IMG/VR virus record: IMGVR_UViG_3300005434_000009
Location: 8,581-72,580 of that record
DNA from: a virus
Lineage: Duplodnaviria; Caudoviricetes
Strand: one strand, 5' to 3'
Length of the DNA stretch: 64,000 bases
The stretch's first letter is position 1. Each line of letters starts with the position of its first letter. The translations under genes were made by a program, and so were the position numbers. The notes under the pieces are model-generated. The model ran no database searches. It saw only the letters and a program-made list of their open reading frames with translations, and was not told the origin of the DNA. Below are positions 61,488 through 64,000 of this stretch, in pieces.

Positions 61488-63029
61488 TCACCGTCGCCTC
61501 CGGTCCCGCTTGCTCGGGTTGCGCGCCGGAGCCTTCATCGCGTTCAAAGCCTCAACGGGGTCACGACCTTCGTTGGCGGCCACGTTCAGCTCGGTGGCCA
61601 CGTCGATCGCGGCCGCCAGCTGTGCCGCCTGCTCCGCCTCAGGGGTGCCCGTCAGCGGCTGCTGGGCGGACGGGTTCGCCATCGGTGTCGGCTGGGATGC
61701 GGCCGCGACCTGGGCTGCCTGAGCGGCTTCCATCTCGGCCTGCATGTGGTCGCCCCACTGCACCACCACGTCTTCGACGTCCTTGTTGTCCAACCCCAAA
61801 GCGGACGCGGTTTGGTTGAGCAGCATCGCGGTGAACTGGAACGGCACATTGGGCTTGGTGGCGGTGATGATGGACTCCATCAACGCCAAAGCCCGGTCGG
61901 TCTGCCGGTTCCCGATGGGCTGGAAGTGCAGCTGTGGGCATTCCTCGTCGGGGCCGTAGTTGTAAGCCACCAGGTCACCGATGAGGCCACAGTTGATCTG
62001 CTCGGCCATCTCATCCGCCCGAGCCTGGGAGGACTGCAGGTAGAACTCCGACTGGTCCGCGGACAACGCGTTGGAGCCGGCGTTGGACATGGACGCGTTC
62101 TGCGCCAGATCCGTGAACGACGCCAACACCGACTGGGTCTGCATGGAGGAGAAGTAGAGGATCGCCTTCTGGAACTGGTCCGCGCCCCGGCCGGAGGACT
62201 CGACAACGTCGAACACCTTCTGCGCCGAGTCCGGGCGGTAGGACAGCGGGACAGTCGCCGACGCGCTAGCGGACGCCAACATTTCGGCGTTCTGCTGGGC
62301 CTGGGTGTCGTCGTCGCCGTACACCAACACCTTCGGCAGGGACTGCTGCTCCAGGTACTGGCACCACAGGAACTCAAGCTTCTTGATGTTCTGCCAACAC
62401 CGGAGGCTGACGTCCAGGTCGGACACCCCGGAGATCGGTTCCCGGTACGCGCCGTAGGTGAACACGAACGACCGGTTCGCGGGGATGTCCACCCACCCCA
62501 ACCGGTTGCCCAACTGGGCTCGTTTGGCGAAGTCGGTGACCGGGTTCAACCGTTGCCGGAACCCGTCCGGCTCCCCTGTGTCGTCCCGGAACGACGCCTC
62601 GCAGGCCACGGCGGGGCGTAGGACGATCTGGTCGTACACGACCTGGCCGGCGTCGAGGGCCCACAGGGTCTCGAAGAACGCCCGCCGGTAGGCGAATGCT
62701 GAGGTGCACTGGTCGACGATGCGGTTGATCAGCGGTTCCAGGTTCGCCTTCACCAGCGCGGCGGCACGCCTGGAGCCGCCCTTGATCTCCCAGTTGGCGC
62801 TACGGATCGGGAGGGTCAGTACCTGCTCGAGCTTCCGGGGGTTCCCGTCCTCGGCCAGCATGGTGCGCATGGCCCGGAGGTCGAGGTCGCCGTACTCGTA
62901 GACCTTGCCCCAGTCCTCGAAGCTGCGGTACAGCCTCAGGTCAGGGTTGAAAGAGTTCGCCAAAGCTGGGCCGGCGAGCTGCCGCCTTTGCGCGGAGGTC
63001 AGGGAGACCGCGGAGCCGTTCGTTGCCAT
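61488..63029 (-). CDS. Portal protein (Mu gp29/DUF935-like)
   Basis: After terminase; FEKL/W-type RAFFETLW, FVF, P.G.S.L...K, S.A.S..Q.E.Y. Confidence 0.85.
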   Translation of the reverse strand: MATNGSAVSLTSAQRRQLAGPALANSFNPDLRLYRSFEDWGKVYEYGDLDLRAMRTMLAEDGNPRKLEQVLTLPIRSANWEIKGGSRRAAALVKANLEPLINRIVDQCTSAFAYRRAFFETLWALDAGQVVYDQIVLRPAVACEASFRDDTGEPDGFRQRLNPVTDFAKRAQLGNRLGWVDIPANRSFVFTYGAYREPISGVSDLDVSLRCWQNIKKLEFLWCQYLEQQSLPKVLVYGDDDTQAQQNAEMLASASASATVPLSYRPDSAQKVFDVVESSGRGADQFQKAILYFSSMQTQSVLASFTDLAQNASMSNAGSNALSADQSEFYLQSSQARADEMAEQINCGLIGDLVAYNYGPDEECPQLHFQPIGNRQTDRALALMESIITATKPNVPFQFTAMLLNQTASALGLDNKDVEDVVVQWGDHMQAEMEAAQAAQVAAASQPTPMANPSAQQPLTGTPEAEQAAQLAAAIDVATELNVAANEGRDPVEALNAMKAPARNPSKRDRRRR

Positions 63030-64000
63030 CAGGCCCAGCTCCCCCCACGGTTCGAGTAGGCGACAGGACGGAGGGGAGGCTTATCGGCGTCGTCAGCGCG
63101 GGGGAACGCGTCCACCCAGCACGCCATCGCCACAGCGTCACCCAGGTCCGGGGAGTGGCCGAGGCGTTTCTTCACCGAGTCTTTGTCCTCCACCCACAGC
63201 ACCCCGCCGGCACGCGGCTCATAGGTGGGGGCGGTCAGGTCGGCGGTCAAATCGTCGTCGGGGGGCAGGCACAAACTCGCACCCAGCGCCGGGTCGAGGA
63301 GTTCGCGCAGGTTGTACCAGGAGGCGACCCGGGTGTTCGCCATCTTCCACGACCCTGAGGAGTCGCGGCGTTTGGTGGCGGTGGAGCCGTTGAACGCCCG
63401 CACCGAACACCCGGCGCGGCGCAGCTGGTCGACCACTCCGGCTCCGACGCCGACCACGTCAACCACGGCGAGGCCTTGCACCGTTGACCGGAGCCGGGCC
63501 TGCACCAAACCGGTCGTTTGGGTGGTGTCGAGCTTGGAGAACGACTCGATACCCAGCACCACATCGCCTTGCCGGGTGGCGATGGCCGTCTTGTCGTCCC
63601 CGTACCGGGCGACGTCGACCCCGAAGACCTTGCGGCCTTTCGGTTCGTGGATGCCGTCGTAGTTGTCGTTCCACTCACGCCACCGGTTGTTCGCGGCGAT
63701 GACCCAGGACAGCGGGATGAGGCCGTCTTCGGAGTCGGAGAACTCACCCCGAACTTTGACCTGGTACAGCGGGGAGTTCTCACCCCACCGGACCCTTTTG
63801 TCCTCCACCCACTCCGGGGACACCAGCCCGTCCAGCACCTTCTGCGGGACGTCCTCACCGGTCCAGGCGGGGGTGTCGAAGGAGGAGATCTTGATGCGGT
63901 TCCAGCCCGGTTCAGTGGTGCACACCTTGTGGAACTGGGACCCGAGACTGTCCGGGTTACCGACCGCGCACACCCTGGACGCCGGCGTGGTCACCAGGGA
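63029..64000 (-). CDS. terL: Terminase large subunit, C-terminal part (truncated by the window)
   Basis: GNP, YQVKVRGEF, nuclease motif GVDVARYGDDKT, SPDLGDA. Confidence 0.92.
   Translation of the reverse strand, partial: SLVTTPASRVCAVGNPDSLGSQFHKVCTTEPGWNRIKISSFDTPAWTGEDVPQKVLDGLVSPEWVEDKRVRWGENSPLYQVKVRGEFSDSEDGLIPLSWVIAANNRWREWNDNYDGIHEPKGRKVFGVDVARYGDDKTAIATRQGDVVLGIESFSKLDTTQTTGLVQARLRSTVQGLAVVDVVGVGAGVVDQLRRAGCSVRAFNGSTATKRRDSSGSWKMANTRVASWYNLRELLDPALGASLCLPPDDDLTADLTAPTYEPRAGGVLWVEDKDSVKKRLGHSPDLGDAVAMACWVDAFPRADDADKPPLRPVAYSNRGGSWA

Larger units (their letters stand above)
1..64000. mobile_element. Temperate actinobacteriophage (siphovirus-like), most of a genome, both ends open
   Basis: Continuous phage modules (replication, cro/cI, integrase, terminase-portal-capsid-tail-lysis), tight ATGA/GTGA gene overlaps, no host housekeeping genes. 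Confidence 0.95.

Noticed and set aside
1-64000. tRNA, tmRNA or rRNA genes
   Set aside because: No cloverleaf with T-loop GTTCRA and D-loop pattern found in intergenic space by eye; tRNAscan-SE/ARAGORN would confirm

Overview
The whole window is one high-GC temperate actinobacteriophage genome segment (siphovirus-type) with no host genes and no RNA genes or CRISPR array that I could recognise. SsgA-like, WhiB-like and TraB-like genes and the absence of LysB suggest a filamentous, non-mycolate actinomycete host; this is inference. Left arm (1-18 kb, minus strand): endonuclease VII, an IbrA/IbrB-like PAPS-reductase + ParB pair, DUF559 nuclease, primase-helicase, replication initiator with internal iterons, SSB, annealing protein, an SsgA-like protein, WhiB, LuxR-HTH, a C5 methyltransferase locus split around an HNH gene, and Cro. 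Centre (18-20.5 kb): CI-like repressor, a perfect LexA box ahead of a catalytically degenerate ImmA-like gene, and a large serine integrase. Plus-strand accessory operon (20.5-28.9 kb): DUF2637, an FtsK/TraB-like translocase and a Cre-like tyrosine recombinase. Late operon (64 to 29 kb, minus strand): terminase (partial), Mu-like head genes, tail genes with a GGGAAAC -1 frameshift, tape measure, minor tail, lysis cassette and fibre genes. The main candidates for novelty are: (1) an actinomycete conjugation-type module inside a complete tailed phage that also carries two recombinase classes; (2) a 1044-aa four-domain polysaccharide-lyase/phosphatase protein next to the endolysin; (3) a 67-aa copy of the tape-measure N-terminus encoded beside the portal; (4) the HNH-split methyltransferase with duplicated, recoded motif I and a nested second-frame ORF; (5) the LexA-controlled, catalytically dead ImmA-like gene. 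Family names come from motif recognition by eye and need HMM confirmation. Starts were adjusted by hand using RBSs and overlapping stop/start codons.
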